Source: an uncultured Planctomycetota bacterium (GTDB taxonomy: Bacteria > Planctomycetota > Planctomycetia > Isosphaerales > Isosphaeraceae). Taken from it: 64,000 bases of DNA. The stretch is taken from assembly GCA_963845755.1 (NCBI GenBank), contig CAWJTV010000036.1, positions 192,001 through 256,000 on the forward strand, given 5' to 3'. Below the pieces are notes generated by a model. That model was not told the origin of the DNA. It was given only the letters and a program-made list of their open reading frames with translations, and ran no database searches. Below are positions 32,522 through 44,525 of this stretch, one piece after another; position 1 is the first letter of the stretch, and the number at the start of each line of letters is the position of its first letter. The position numbers and the translations under genes were made by a program.

Positions 32522-34345
32522 GTGAAGACAATCCGCCGCATTGGAGGCTGGCTGGCCCCGTATCGGGGGCGGATGATCCTGGCGATGGGGCTGACGGCGC
32601 TGGCGTGCCTGTTCAACCTGCCGGTTCCGCTCCTCGTCCAGGGACTGGTCGACCGCGTGGTGACTCAGGGGCACTGGAGTGCCCTGCCGCTCTACGCCGC
32701 GCTGCTCTTCGGCGTGTTCGCCGCGCAGGCGGCGCTGGCCTGGTCAACCAGCCTGGCCATCGGCAAGATCGGACAGGGCGTGGTTCGCGACCTGCGGCAT
32801 TCGCTCTACGAGCGGCTCCAGCAGCTCGGGATGGATTACTTCGACAAGACCCCCAGTGGGGCGATCATCTCGCGCGTGATGGATGACGTCGGCGCGATCC
32901 AGGTGTTCGTGACCAGCCAGACCTTCACGATCATCACCGACCTGGCTACGACTCTGGCGATCGCCGCACTCTTGCTGTCGTGGGACTGGCGGCTGGCGGT
33001 GGTGGTCTTTGTGGTCGTCCCGCTGTTCGCGCTCAACTTCCGCTATTTCCTGCGGAGGATCCGGGCCACGAATACGATCGTCCGGGAGAAGATGGACCTG
33101 ATCTTCGGCAACCTGAAGGCCAAGCTCGACGGGACCATGGTCATCAAGGCTTATGCGCACGAGCCGCAGGAGATCGCCGAGTTCGCGGCGCAACTGGATG
33201 ATGCCCACGGACCTCGGGTGCGGGAGGTCCAACTGGGGGCGGCCTTTTCCAATCTCAGCGGCCTGATCGGCGGGATCGGCACGGCGCTGGTGTTCGCGGC
33301 CGGTGCGTTGGAGGTGCTCGAGGGCCGGATGACGCCCGGCGGCGTGGTCGCGACGGCCGCCCTGGCGGGGATGATCTTCGGGCCCGTGGCGCGGCTGGCC
33401 GACCTGGCGTATGTCTTCGAGCAGACGGCCGCGAGCGTCGACCGGCTCGGCGAGATCCTCGACCTCGAGCCGGGCGTCGTCGAGCCGGCGCCGGAGGAGG
33501 TCCGGGCGCTGCCGGACCCGGGAGGGCGGGCGCGCGGGGCCGTCGAATTCGATCGGGTCGGCTTCGGTTATCTCGAGGGAGAGCCGGTCGTCTGGGACAT
33601 CCGGCTGAAGGTCGAGCCCGGGATGAAGATCGCCCTGGTGGGGCCGACCGGCTGCGGCAAGAGCACGCTGGTCAACCTGCTGATGCGGTTCTACGACCCG
33701 ACCTGGGGCGAAATTCGGCTGGACGACGTGCCAATCCGCACCATCCCGACCCGCACCCTCCGCCGTCAGATCGGCGTGGTCATGCAAGAACCCGTCGTGT
33801 TTCGATTGAGCCTGGCGGACAACATCCGGTATCGCGCGCGCGGCGCCAGCGACGCGGAGGTCGAGGCGGCGGCGAAGGCCGCGCGGGTGCACGAGTTCGC
33901 CATGGCCCTGCCCGAAGGCTATGCCACGATCGTCGGCGAGGGCGGACACAAGCTCAGTCAGGGCGAGCGGCAACGGCTGGCGATCGCCCGCGCCCTCTGC
34001 AAGGAGCCGGCCCTGGTGGTCCTCGACGAGGCGACCAGCTCGCTGGATACCCCCAGCGAGGCCCTGATCCAGGCTGCACTGGTGAACTTGCTTCGCGATC
34101 GCACCGCCTTCATCATCGCCCACCGGCTCTCGACGATCGTCGACGCCGACCGGATCATCGTGATGGACGGCGGCCTGATCGTCCAGATAGGGACCCACGC
34201 CCAGCTCATGGCCGACCGCGCGGGCCTCTATCGGCGGCTCTGCGCCCGCCAGTTCGGCGAGCCGGCCCCGTCGATTGCGGCTCGTCCGTCCCCGGCCGTG
34301 GCGGGGCGACCGCGATCCGTGGCCTCTGTTGAAGGAGCCGGTTGA
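32522..34345 (+). CDS. ABC transporter, fused permease/ATP-binding (MsbA/Atm1-like exporter)
   Basis: TM domain, GPTGCGKST, LSQGERQR, VLDEATSSLD, IAHRLST. Confidence 0.95.
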   Translation: MKTIRRIGGWLAPYRGRMILAMGLTALACLFNLPVPLLVQGLVDRVVTQGHWSALPLYAALLFGVFAAQAALAWSTSLAIGKIGQGVVRDLRHSLYERLQQLGMDYFDKTPSGAIISRVMDDVGAIQVFVTSQTFTIITDLATTLAIAALLLSWDWRLAVVVFVVVPLFALNFRYFLRRIRATNTIVREKMDLIFGNLKAKLDGTMVIKAYAHEPQEIAEFAAQLDDAHGPRVREVQLGAAFSNLSGLIGGIGTALVFAAGALEVLEGRMTPGGVVATAALAGMIFGPVARLADLAYVFEQTAASVDRLGEILDLEPGVVEPAPEEVRALPDPGGRARGAVEFDRVGFGYLEGEPVVWDIRLKVEPGMKIALVGPTGCGKSTLVNLLMRFYDPTWGEIRLDDVPIRTIPTRTLRRQIGVVMQEPVVFRLSLADNIRYRARGASDAEVEAAAKAARVHEFAMALPEGYATIVGEGGHKLSQGERQRLAIARALCKEPALVVLDEATSSLDTPSEALIQAALVNLLRDRTAFIIAHRLSTIVDADRIIVMDGGLIVQIGTHAQLMADRAGLYRRLCARQFGEPAPSIAARPSPAVAGRPRSVASVEGAG

Positions 34346-34528
34346 GTTTCCCCTCATAAAATCCCAGGACCAATATTCCGGCACTGTCGCCGATAAACTT
34401 ATGGGGAGAAGAGAACCAACGCCGTCGTCGCCGCGTATATTTGAGGGAGGCGCCTCGCTCCGAGTCGAGTGCCGCGCCGTGATTGCGGTGGCCGAATCGA
34501 AGTGCGAATGCGGAAGGAGCGATCCTTC

Positions 34529-35721
34529 ATGCCGGGCGCGATTACCGTCGGAGACTGGATCGGCAATCGGTTCCAGGTCTTCGACATCCACGAAGGGGGC
34601 ATGAGCCTGGTCTACGTGGTCAACGACCACCTGGGCGAGCCCGGCCGTAAAGTGGTTGCTCTCAAAACTCTGCGCAGTGAACTCCTGCGCAACTCCATCC
34701 GGATTCGCCGGTTCGCCGCCGAGTGCCGGCTCTGGGCCCAACTTGGCGATCATCCGAACATCGTCCGGGCGTACTCGGTCGAGATCATCGACGAGCGGCC
34801 GTACGTGTTGCTCGAGCTGATTCAGGGCGGCGACCTGTATCGATGGATCGGCACGCCTCGGCTGGACCTGCCGCGGATCCTACGGTTTGGCCAGCAGTTC
34901 TGCGTGGGGATGGAGCATGCGCTGCGCCAGGGGCTGCACTGCCACCGCGACATCAAGCCGGGCAACCTGCTGGTAACCGAGGAGGGAATCCTCAAGATCA
35001 CCGACTTCGGGCTGGCGCGGGTCTGCGAAGAAATGGTGGCCGTGCGTCCCGAGCTGCCCGATGGCTCGATTCCCCTCTCCGAACCCACCACCCGCCACAC
35101 CATTACCTGGACCGATCCCCGGGACTGCGACTCACCGGGCCCCCTCGGGTCCGAGCGGAACCGGCTCGCGTCGAGTGCCGGCGGATTTCGGCGCGACGGC
35201 GATCGCGCCTCGGGTCCGGTCCGGGCTGGTGCGGCGATGGCCGCGAGGACCGCCGGGCGCCGCGCGTGTCGTCGCCGGATCCCGTCAGACGGCTGACGCC
35301 GACCACGGTCGATAAGGAGACCAGCGAGTACGTCTCGCCGCTGGAAACCTTCGACCCGCGACTGACGCGGACCGGCGCGCGGCTGGGCACGGGGGCTTAC
35401 ATGGCCCCGGAGCAGTCCCGCGATCCCAAGTCCGTCGATGTCCGCGCCGACCTCTACGCCTTTGGGATCGTTCTCTATGAGATGATCACCGGCGAGCTCC
35501 CCTTCAAGGGACGGTCGGCGGAAGCCCTCGCCCACCAGCATTCGTTGCACAAGCCACAGTCAGTAGTTCCGTCGATCGCCGGCCGTTACACCAAGCTCGC
35601 CAAGCCCGTCAACGGGATCGTCCAGCGCTGCCTCCAGAAAGAACCCGGCGACCGGTTCCGCTCGGTCGCCGAGCTGCGCATGGCCTTGAGGCAAGTTAGC
35701 GCCCAGCTCCCGCGGCGCTGA
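34529..35721 (+). CDS. Ser/Thr protein kinase (frameshift in the activation-loop insert)
   Basis: GGMSLVY, VALK, CHRDIKPGN, TDFGLAR, GTGAYMAPEQ, DLYAFG. Confidence 0.9.
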
Positions 35722-35792
35722 ATGGAAGGGCATCAGGCAAAGGATGAAGGCCGAGTAAGACCAGATTGATTCCTCCTTCATCCTTCCAATCA

Positions 35793-35961
35793 CTAGCCGT
35801 CGGTCGGGTTTCCTTGCACGTGAACATGGGGCTGGTTGTCGTAGACCGATGGCGGAAACTCGGCGTAGGTCTCGGTCATGGTATGGATGCAGCCCGACGA
35901 GCCCAGCGCGGCGGAGACCGAGCAGCGCCAGGGCCACGGCGCGAGCGATTCTCGTCATCAT
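35793..35961 (-). CDS. Small putative lipoprotein (frameshifted)
   Basis: MMTRIARAVALALLGL.AALGSSGC-IHTMTETYAEFPPS...; lipobox-like SSGC. Confidence 0.45.
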
Positions 35962-36020
35962 CCACGTCCTTTCCAGCCGGAATGTGAGTGCGCCGTTCGG
36001 GAACCGTGCGGATCCATCCG

Positions 36021-36354
36021 TCACGGCGTTCCAGCGGGGGGCACCGCCGGTGGCGTCGTGGGCATCGCCCGCTCGCTTTCGGGAGGTTGGATCGCCTCGT
36101 TACTGGGTGCTGGCACGTTGGAAGACGGCGGGGTCACCATCCGCGTGGACGAGGGCGCGACTCTGCGCCGGCGGTCCGGTATAGCTCCCCGGCATCATCG
36201 AACCATTCGGCCCGTACGCCGGCGTGGGGAAGTCGTCACACTCGGAGCAGTGGAAGAGCGACCAGTGTGCGTAGTCGCCCACGTGGATGTTGGCGCAGCC
36301 CACCAGTCCCGCGGCCAGCGTCACGGCCAACAGCGCATTGCGGAGCCTGACCAT
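36021..36354 (-). CDS. Small putative lipoprotein with CxxC and Pro-rich tail (frameshifted)
   Basis: MVRLRNALLAVTLAAGLVGC lipobox, FHCSECDDFP; end coordinate approximate. Confidence 0.55.
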
Positions 36355-36791
36355 GCCGAATTCCTTTCCCTTCCGTGTCGGTTCCGAAGGCGATGTCCCG
36401 CGGCCGCCCATACCATCCTAATCCACGGCCATCGTGCAGCGCCATCTACTTGGAGTGGGAACGCCCGTCAAATTGCCTACGTCCTCTCCGGCCCCGGCGA
36501 CGCGCAATCCCGACGCCGGAGCTGACTTCGATTGATGCTGTGGTATATCGGCTGTCCCCGTCTTCGACAATCAGCCGAAATCGCCGACCACCCGGTGCCG
36601 GGCCGCACCACCCGTCATGAAATCGAAATGCGAGGGGTCGGCTATTCTTCCCAGGCCGCTCATTTCCCCACCCCGCGTTTCGCTTTGGACCGTGGGAGCC
36701 GGATCTTCAGGAAAAATGGAAAAACGGGGATTGGACAGGGACTCCGGCGCATAGGTAAGTTTAGCGGTTGAAGCGGAGGGGACCCCGAGTC

Positions 36792-38472
36792 ATGGCGAAT
36801 GGATATGCGAGCGCAGGCGTTTCAGCAAGTGGCGCGGGTGTTCCAGGAAGGGACACTGGCAGGGATGCCGGATGGGGAGGTCCTGGGTCACTTCGTCGAG
36901 CATCGTGACGAGGCGGCGTTCGAGCTCCTGTTGCGGCGTCACGGGCCGATGGTCCGGAACGTCTGCCGCCAGACGGTGTTCGATCCGCATGAGGCCGAGG
37001 ACGCGTTCCAGGCGACCTTCCTGGCGCTGGTTTGCAAGGCCAGCTCGCTCCGGGTCGAGGATTCGCTGGGCCCTTGGCTGTACCGGGTGGCGAGCCGGGT
37101 CTCGGCCCGTGCCCGCGCGAACGGGCGGCGGCGGAGTGAGCGAGAAGTCTCGAGCGCGCGTCGCTCCCCGAGCCGACGTACCGTGAGGACCCGGACCGCG
37201 GGGAGATTCCCCGCGTCGTCCATGAAGAGCTTGGCCGCCTGCCCGAACGGCTCCGCGCACCGCTGGTGTTGTGCTACCTCGAAGGGATGACTCACGAGCT
37301 GGCCGCCCGCCAACTGCGCTGTCCCGTCGGGACGGTGCGGAGCCGGCTGGCCCGCGCTCGGGCCCTGCTTCAAGAGCGGATCGCTCGTCGCGGGCTCTCG
37401 ACTTCGGCCGCAACGCTCGCCGCCTCGCTGGAATCGACTTCCCGGGCGGCCGCGCCGCCGCCCCAGATCGCAAGGTCCTTGATCGCGGTCGCGACACAAC
37501 TCGCCCCCGGTTCCGCGTCGATTCGGAGCGGAATGGGTGTATCCGCGTCCGTCACCGTTCTCCTGGAAGGAGTCCTGAACGTGATGAGAGTCAAGAAGCT
37601 CGTAAGCCTTGCTGGGGTCGTCGTGGGCGTGGGAGCCCTGGCCACTGTGGTCGGCCTGTCGGCGTTCCGTGCGTCAGGACAGACCGGAGACCGCTTCGAC
37701 CCGCGCCGCCAGGCCGACGACGGGCGGCCCATCGGGCCGGATGGGAGGCCCATCGGGCCGCTGCGCGAGCCAACCGGCGCTCCGACGGTCGCCAATCATC
37801 GTCAGATCGTCAAGACCTATTACATCGGCGACCTCATCGCGGCGAAGCCATCGCCGAAGTTCGCCCCGACCCCAGTGAACGACGCTCCCCAGGGATCGGT
37901 ACCGCCACCCGGGGCGCAACTGAACCTGGATATGTCACCTGTCATCGACCTGATCACTTCAACGGTCGCTCGGGGGTCATGGGCGGTTCGGGACGGTCAG
38001 GGGAAGACGATTGCGCCCGACGAAGCCCGCGGCCCCCGAGGTAGGAAAGCCGTACAGTCTTTGCCCGACGGGTCGATCACTCCCTTCTACCTGAGCATCA
38101 GCCTGATCATCCGGCACACGCCCGAAGTCCACGATGAAGTCGCCGACCTGCTGCGGAAGCTTCGCCGGCTCGTCGAAGCCGTGGGCAATCCTGGAGTGAA
38201 CCTCGATCGGGAAGAGCAGAAGCTCGTCCCCGGAGAGATCGTCCCGGCACCGCAGTACGGCGTCCCCGGAGCGATGATCCCGGCACCGCAGTCCCAGTCC
38301 AACGACCCAAAGCCGGTTGCTGGCGACTCGAGCAATGCGAAGCCAGTCGCTCCCGCCTCCCAAGATCGAAGGCTGCTCGTCCTCCCGAGCGCCGATCAGA
38401 AAGCTGCGCATTCAGCAGCTCCTGGACGCTCTTAGACAGGAAGTCGAGGAACTCCCGAAAGATCACGATTGA
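36792..38472 (+). CDS. ECF sigma-70 factor with TM and C-terminal extension (frameshifted)
   Basis: DEAAFELLLRRHGPMV...AEDAFQATFLALV; LCYLEGMTHELAARQLRCPVGTVRSRLARAR; TM; KTYYIGDL...SLIIRHTPEVHDEVADLL. Confidence 0.88.
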
Positions 38473-38546
38473 TCCCGGCTCGCCCGACGCCGGAGACTCG
38501 CGACCCTGGCCCGGCTGTTTTGCCGGGCGGCGCCCCACACCCGATT

Positions 38547-41500
38547 TCACTCACCCGACTGCCGCAAAACCTCGATCGCGTCATCCACCTGGCGACGGAA
38601 CCGGGTCCAGTCTTCGAGGGGGAATAGTGCGTCGTGGTCGCGCTGGCCGAGGTGGAACGCGGATAGGCGCCGATCGATCAGCGCGCGGGCGGGCTGGGCC
38701 GCCGGATTGCCGGGATTCCGGCCTGCCAGGCGCGCGAGCGTGAGCAGCCGTCGATAGTCATCCAGGCCCTCGCGCAGCCGTTCAATTCGACCGAGGGAAT
38801 CAGCCGGCCGTCCGGCGAGGCGTTGCACCAGGCGTAATCGTCTTCGCGGCAGTCGAGTGCGTAGTAAGGGTCCCCGGCCACGACGTTCCAGTGCCAGGAC
38901 AGCCGGTACTTCATGCCGAACTGTTTGGCGGCCTTGTACATGTAGGTGCCGAAAGTCCATCGGTTGCCGCCGTTGTAGAAAGACCAATCGCTGTCGGCTT
39001 GATGAAGGAGGTTGACGCCCGCCTCGTCGTGGTCGTTCCACTCGACCACGTGCAGAGCCTTCGAGAGACGGAAGTGAGGGTTCTGACGGTCGTTGCCGGT
39101 GAAGCTGCTGGCCGCCGTGAAAAAGGGCGGGCCTTTGGGAAACGCCTTGCGATACGCTTCGGCATTCTCCGACGATCGGACGACGTCCTCGCCGACCGGT
39201 TCGTCGCCGATGTTGAAATACACGGGAATCCATCCGCTCTGCCGGGCGTGAGTCTGGACCTCGGTGTAGATGGCCTTGAGGAATCCGGCGTAGTCCTGGA
39301 ACCCGGCGGCGGTCATCTGGCTCTTGTCCTGGTAATAGGCGTCGAGGCTGGAGACGCCGCCGCCATAGGTGACCACGGCCAGGAATCCCAGGTCCTTGGC
39401 CTGCTTCATCTGGGCGTCGGCGGTCCGGAAATCGAGGACGGGCTTGCCGCCCTGGAAGCCTCGGTACGCGATCATCGGCACGCCGCTGAATGACGTGAAG
39501 CCATACTCGCGCAGCTTCCGGAGGCTGTTCGTCGTCATCTGCTTGTTGAAACTCACGGCCTGGGGATCGTCGTCGTACCAGGGGATGCCGATCCGGTGGC
39601 CGAAGGGGCCGGCGGGGATGTCCACCGGGTCCAGGGTCCCGGATCGGACCCGGAATTCGAGCGGAACGTCGGCCTTGTGTGCCTTTTCCGGATGGATCGT
39701 GACCGTCCCCTTGTAGAGGCCCGGCCGGGCATCGGCGGGCGTCCGGATCGTCAGCCAGAACCGTCGCGTCAGGCCAATGGGCACGTCCGCGGATCCGCCC
39801 GGCATGATCAGCCGGGGGCTGATCGTGTAGACCGTCCCTTCCATCGTGAGCCGGCTGAGCCGATTCGAGACGAAACCCACATCGATCGCACGCGACGGGA
39901 TCGTACCCCCCTGCCCTATCAGGTCTGAGCAACTCACCGTCACATTGCCCAGGTTGCGCAACGGAACCACGCCCACCGTGACCGGCTCGTACTCGCCCGC
40001 GAACGCCTCTCCGCGGAGCATCCGAACTTTCTCGGCCTCGTAGGGCGTGTCGTTCGGGAAGATGTCTCGCATGAAGTCGGACTGGAAGAGCACATATCCC
40101 ACTCGATAATTGTCGATGGACCACGGGAGAGGATCGCCGGTGGGGCGATGCAGGATCCGCTTGAAGTAGTTGTCGAAGTAGAACCGGCGTTTGGCCAGCA
40201 CGTAGTCGAGGAATGCTTCGCCGCGAGCGGCCTCGGCCACGGGGTAGATCACGACCGCGGAGACGCAGCAGGCCCAGTTCTCCCCCTGGAATTCGAGGTT
40301 CAACTGGCCTTCTTTGACCTCCACATCAAAACGCTTCTCGGCGAAGTTGGTTCGCTGATACTTGTCGAACGTGACGTCGCCGGGTCGATCTTCGACATTC
40401 CAGAAGCGGAAATACTTCGCACGGAAGCGCCGCGAAATCCATGGTCTCGCTCACGACCGGCCGGCCCTCGGCGAGGACAGCCCGCTTCCGATAAATCTGG
40501 TACTCGCCCCAGAATCCGGAAGGGCTGTCGATGTTGACGAACACCCGATACTTGCCGTTGGGGACGTCAACCGCCAGGCCGCCGCCTTCGATGCAGACGA
40601 AGTCCTGGTAAAGCGGGTCGGGCTGGAGTGCGTCGAAGGCCCGCCAGATCCGCGCATCCTTCAACCCATATCCGCGGCCCCGGTCGTAGAGCGTGGCCGG
40701 CGTGATCGGGGTGAAGCCTTCCAACACCGGGCTGGAGGTCGTGCCGAAATCGAAGGCATGCAGTCCGGCGAACCGCACCCGCGCGGCCGAGTCGTCGCGC
40801 TCCAGGCGGATGTTGTCCAGGATGAGGGATCCGGCGGGTGTGTCACCGATGCTGAAGACCAGCCGGGTAATCTGGCCCAGCATGAGCATCCGGCCCGGCC
40901 GCGCCTTCTCGCCCACATAGAGCTGCTTCACGGGTACGATCAAGGTGCTCCGGCCGGGTGGTACGACCGTCACGTAGTTGACCCGGGTCCAGTAGTCTCG
41001 GGTGCCGGTATCCCGGATCTCCACGTTGAGGTCCATCGGGAGTGTGGCCTTGGAGTCGATATCGGCCTTGAGGAGGTCGTAGCCGAGCCAGTCCTGGGGC
41101 TGGTCCATGCTCGCGTACGACCGGTCGATCCGCAGCGCCTTGCGCCTTCCGGTGCGCCCGAGGCGACGACGACGCCCCCGGAAAAGGGGTTCACGCCCTC
41201 GAACGTGGCGATCGGCTTGACCGCTGGGACCGGGCTCGAGGTGGCCGCCGCGGTCTCGAGCGGGTGCCGCAGGCGTAGCACGACTCCCACGCGCCGTTAC
41301 GGTAGCCGCAGTCCGGGCACTTGACAGCCTCCGCCGGGATCTCACCCGGCGGCGCGATCGGGGATTCCTCCGCGCCGAGGACCGGCTTCTCGGTCAGGGG
41401 GATGTCCGGCCCGACCTTCTCCAGTGACACATCGTCGATCCAGTAATAACCCGATCTCATCAATCCGAAGGACGGACCGGCTTGCTTCCTCTCCTTGACC

Positions 41501-41928
41501 TCGCCGACATACGTGAGCTTGGTCCAGCCGAAGGTCCCCGACTTGTGGAGCGAGATGTAGTTCCCATCGAACATGAACTCGGTGCTCATGCCAGAGGTGC
41601 CAGTACCAATATCCAGCCCGCGCAGAGAGGCGGTGACGCGGTATCGGCCTGGTTCGAGCGCCACGTTCTGAACAACACGGATCTTGGGAGCCGATCCACC
41701 GAAGAGCAGGCACGAGTGCTTTCCGGAGTGAGCGACCAGGCCGACCCGGAAATCACAATCGCCCTCGTACTTCCAACCGCCCCACCTGGCGAGGACCAGG
41801 CCGAACTGGTCCTTGTCCTTGGTGACTTCGAACGAGGGGTCTTCGAGGAGATTGCCGGACGCTTGCCCGTGGGCCAGGCCGGGAAAGGCCACCAGTGCCA
41901 TCGCGAATAACGCCTTACAGATCGACAT
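38547..41928 (-). CDS. Large secreted protein with carbohydrate-binding-like modules and a glycoside-hydrolase-like (DUF4091-like) C-terminus (frameshifted)
   Basis: Signal peptide, NLLEDPSFE, CPDC..CYAC, AFDFG...GYG, GEYEPVT, NIGDEP, ERLREGLDDYR. Confidence 0.6.
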
Positions 41929-42138
41929 GTCGCATCGCTTCACCTTAAAAAGCCATACGATCGGCCGCCCGGCCATCCCCGGCAGGGGTTTTGGACCATA
42001 TTATCGGGTTTCAGCGAGGAAAAACACGGCCTAACATCCTGGGACTCGGGGCCGGATTCGGCGTAGGCCAGCACTTCCTAAGTGTCAAACCATCGACTAT
42101 ACTTCATCGAGTCAGGGCTCGTGCAACGGAGCGAAACG

Positions 42139-42945
42139 ATGTCAGCATCTACGGCCTTTTCGCTGTTCTCTCGAAGCCTTTCCGTCAGGTTTATACAGGG
42201 GTACAGGTACTTGGACCGTTGTGGAGAGTGCTTGATCCGCCTGGAAGGAGCGCTCGACACAGACTGGATCCCTACGGAGACTTCTCCAACCAGCGGATCC
42301 ATGAAGAATCAGACCCTGGGGATGGCTTTGAGTTTCAACTCGGAAGGGTTCACAGTAAAGCAATCAGATTTCTTAGAATTCAATATATTCTTGGATCAAT
42401 CATGTAAAATTCATGATATTTTGTGGAGAACACTTGATGTTAATAAAATTAACACGCCATCGGTAACAAGTCAGTATCAGTTGGGATTCGACGAGGAGAA
42501 GGCTGATGCGGCGGAGGAGTATTTGCTTTCGATGAAGCTCTGCCAAGCCGAGGAAGGACTGGTGCAAGCCATGGGGGGGAAGCAACACGCGATTCAGTTC
42601 GTCGTCGTGACACAGGTTGGTTCCACGGCACAAGACACCTCTGTTGAAAGGCGGCGGCGTTTCCAAGCGGGCGTTGTCAGACAAGAAAGACAGCCGAGTT
42701 TCAATGCGCGACTGCTTCAACGAGCAAGAACCCTTAGTTCGAAGCAACGCGATGCCCTCGTCGCACTCATGAGAATGAAGCGGCAGCATCCGGAGATCAA
42801 ACCATTCGCCGTCCAGTTCGACCTCGAGGACAGTTTGGACACGGAACTCCTCACTCGGGAGTTCAATGCGCTAGATTTCATTAAAGAAGCACGTGATTGG
42901 TCCGACAATCTGCTGAACACCATCGTTAAGTTGCGGAAAGGCTGA
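42139..42945 (+). CDS. Hypothetical protein, first gene of a low-GC three-gene cassette (weak resemblance to TIGR04255-like proteins)
   Basis: Intact ORF SLSVRFIQGYRYLDRCGE...AVQFDLEDS; family resemblance by eye only. Confidence 0.55.
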   Translation: MSASTAFSLFSRSLSVRFIQGYRYLDRCGECLIRLEGALDTDWIPTETSPTSGSMKNQTLGMALSFNSEGFTVKQSDFLEFNIFLDQSCKIHDILWRTLDVNKINTPSVTSQYQLGFDEEKADAAEEYLLSMKLCQAEEGLVQAMGGKQHAIQFVVVTQVGSTAQDTSVERRRRFQAGVVRQERQPSFNARLLQRARTLSSKQRDALVALMRMKRQHPEIKPFAVQFDLEDSLDTELLTREFNALDFIKEARDWSDNLLNTIVKLRKG

Positions 42946-42950
42946 GAATC

Positions 42951-43585
42951 ATGGTCCGAGAGTCGGGGACTATCATCTCCGTTGCAAGCGTGGATGCGAG
43001 CAGTGGCGCGACTCAGCGAGAGCGGATCCGCTCTCAAGTCCCGGCCGAGAGAGTCTTCCAGGGAGAGGATCCGATCGACATCGGAGTCCGCCAGTTTTGA
43101 CCTACTCGCCCGCCTTCGGCCGGAGGCGACGCCTGCCGGCAGTTCAAAGGAATCCAGGAAACGGCCTGTCAGTCAGGCCAATTATCAAGCGTTCCGAAGA
43201 CTCTGCGATCGGTTGGTGGTCGAGCTCGAGCGGGCCGATGACTATCTGATCGATGATCGATTGAGCGAGGAAGGCGTGGGCATGATTCTTGAAGTTCAGC
43301 AGATCCTCGATGAACTCTATCGGGTACCCTGGGGGAGCTCGCGAGTGTCTCAAGCGTGTGATTGTTGCCATTAGATCGCAGATCAATAACATCCAATGGA
43401 CGACGGACCATGTCAGCTTCATGCAGGACATCGCCCGACTTCTCCGGAACACCTATCAGATCGACGAATCCTTCATCGAGGAATGCTATAAAATGATAAG
43501 CGGCTATGGTCTCGAAGTGTTCCGTGGTACTATCACCGAGACGGAGGTTCGCAAGAGATATCGGATCGTGGAGGTTGAATCGTGA
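42951..43585 (+). CDS. Hypothetical protein, disordered N-terminus and helical C-terminus (frameshifted)
   Basis: ORFs 42982..43374 and 43289..43585 join; starts 5 nt after the previous stop; GTGA overlap with next gene. Confidence 0.5.
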
Positions 43586-44422
43586 GCGGCCCTTCGGGGC
43601 GAGGATCGACGCGCCCTCCTTGACACGACCATCCAGACTCGATCGACTCAAGAGCGCGAGTCGGAAGGAAAGCCTGAACCGACTTCTCTCCGAGTTCCGA
43701 TTGAAGTTCGCGACGAGCTTCTCCTTGGTCGAGTTCAAGGCGACAATCATTCAAGAGTGTATCACGATCCATAATCAACTGCGGGTGAAGGGTGCTCGTT
43801 TCACAAGGGTCAGGGATATGCTCATGGAGAAAGACCATCGACAATTCAGCTTAAGAGCACATATATTTAATAATTATATCAATGTCTTTGCTCCGTCTTC
43901 GTTCGATATCACACCGCAAGAGGACGAGGAGTTGGCCGAGCAGGCGAGGTTGCTCCTGGAGAATCAGATTCCCCTGCTATACGAGTGGTTCGTCGCCGAT
44001 AGCGCAGACGCGGTGTTGACGGATAGACTGAAGTGCGACCTGCCCGTGAGGCTCCGATCAAGAAGTCCGTTACGTTTGATACCAACCTTCCAAGTGCCGT
44101 CGGGGGAAGAACAAGACCTGTCGAGTCGAACAGCTCATCAGGGAGGATGGCCAGAGTCTGATCGAGGGGCTCCGACCGTTCTTGGGGGAATCGGAACAGT
44201 TGTCGGGATTCGTAGACGTGTTTGAGCGGGTTATTCGAGATTCCGCCGCTCGAGCTCAGCGTGGACGATTGTCGGCGGGCGGGGGACTGCCTGATCGCTC
44301 TTGAAGGTGCAGACTCTGCCACGCACGCTCTTTCGAGCAATCGACGCGAATGGAGGCCCATCTCACACGCTGTGGGCTTCGAGTTTGTCCATGTTACGTA
44401 TCCCGAGGAGCGGACCCGTTGA
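43582..44422 (+). CDS. Putative PIN-domain-like protein (frameshifted)
   Basis: Reconstructed N-terminal ALLDTTIQ.DRLK and C-terminal GDCLIALE...ALSSNRREW match the PIN acidic-motif layout. Confidence 0.5.
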
Positions 44423-44525
44423 AGGTCGTCGGCACATGACCTGGCGCCACGATCCGCGTTTGATGGACCGAATCGGCTGCCAGGATTGGGGCGAATCCGG
44501 GATGCCGGAGTCATCGAGACGCCCG

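Noticed and set aside
26157..32593. Duplicated segments as DGR template/variable repeats
   Set aside because: Mismatches are not confined to adenines of one copy in this or the other duplicate pairs.
42029..42070. attC-like site (GCCTAAC...GTAGGC)
   Set aside because: About 40 bp, too short; R' box imperfect; no L boxes; no integron integrase in the window.
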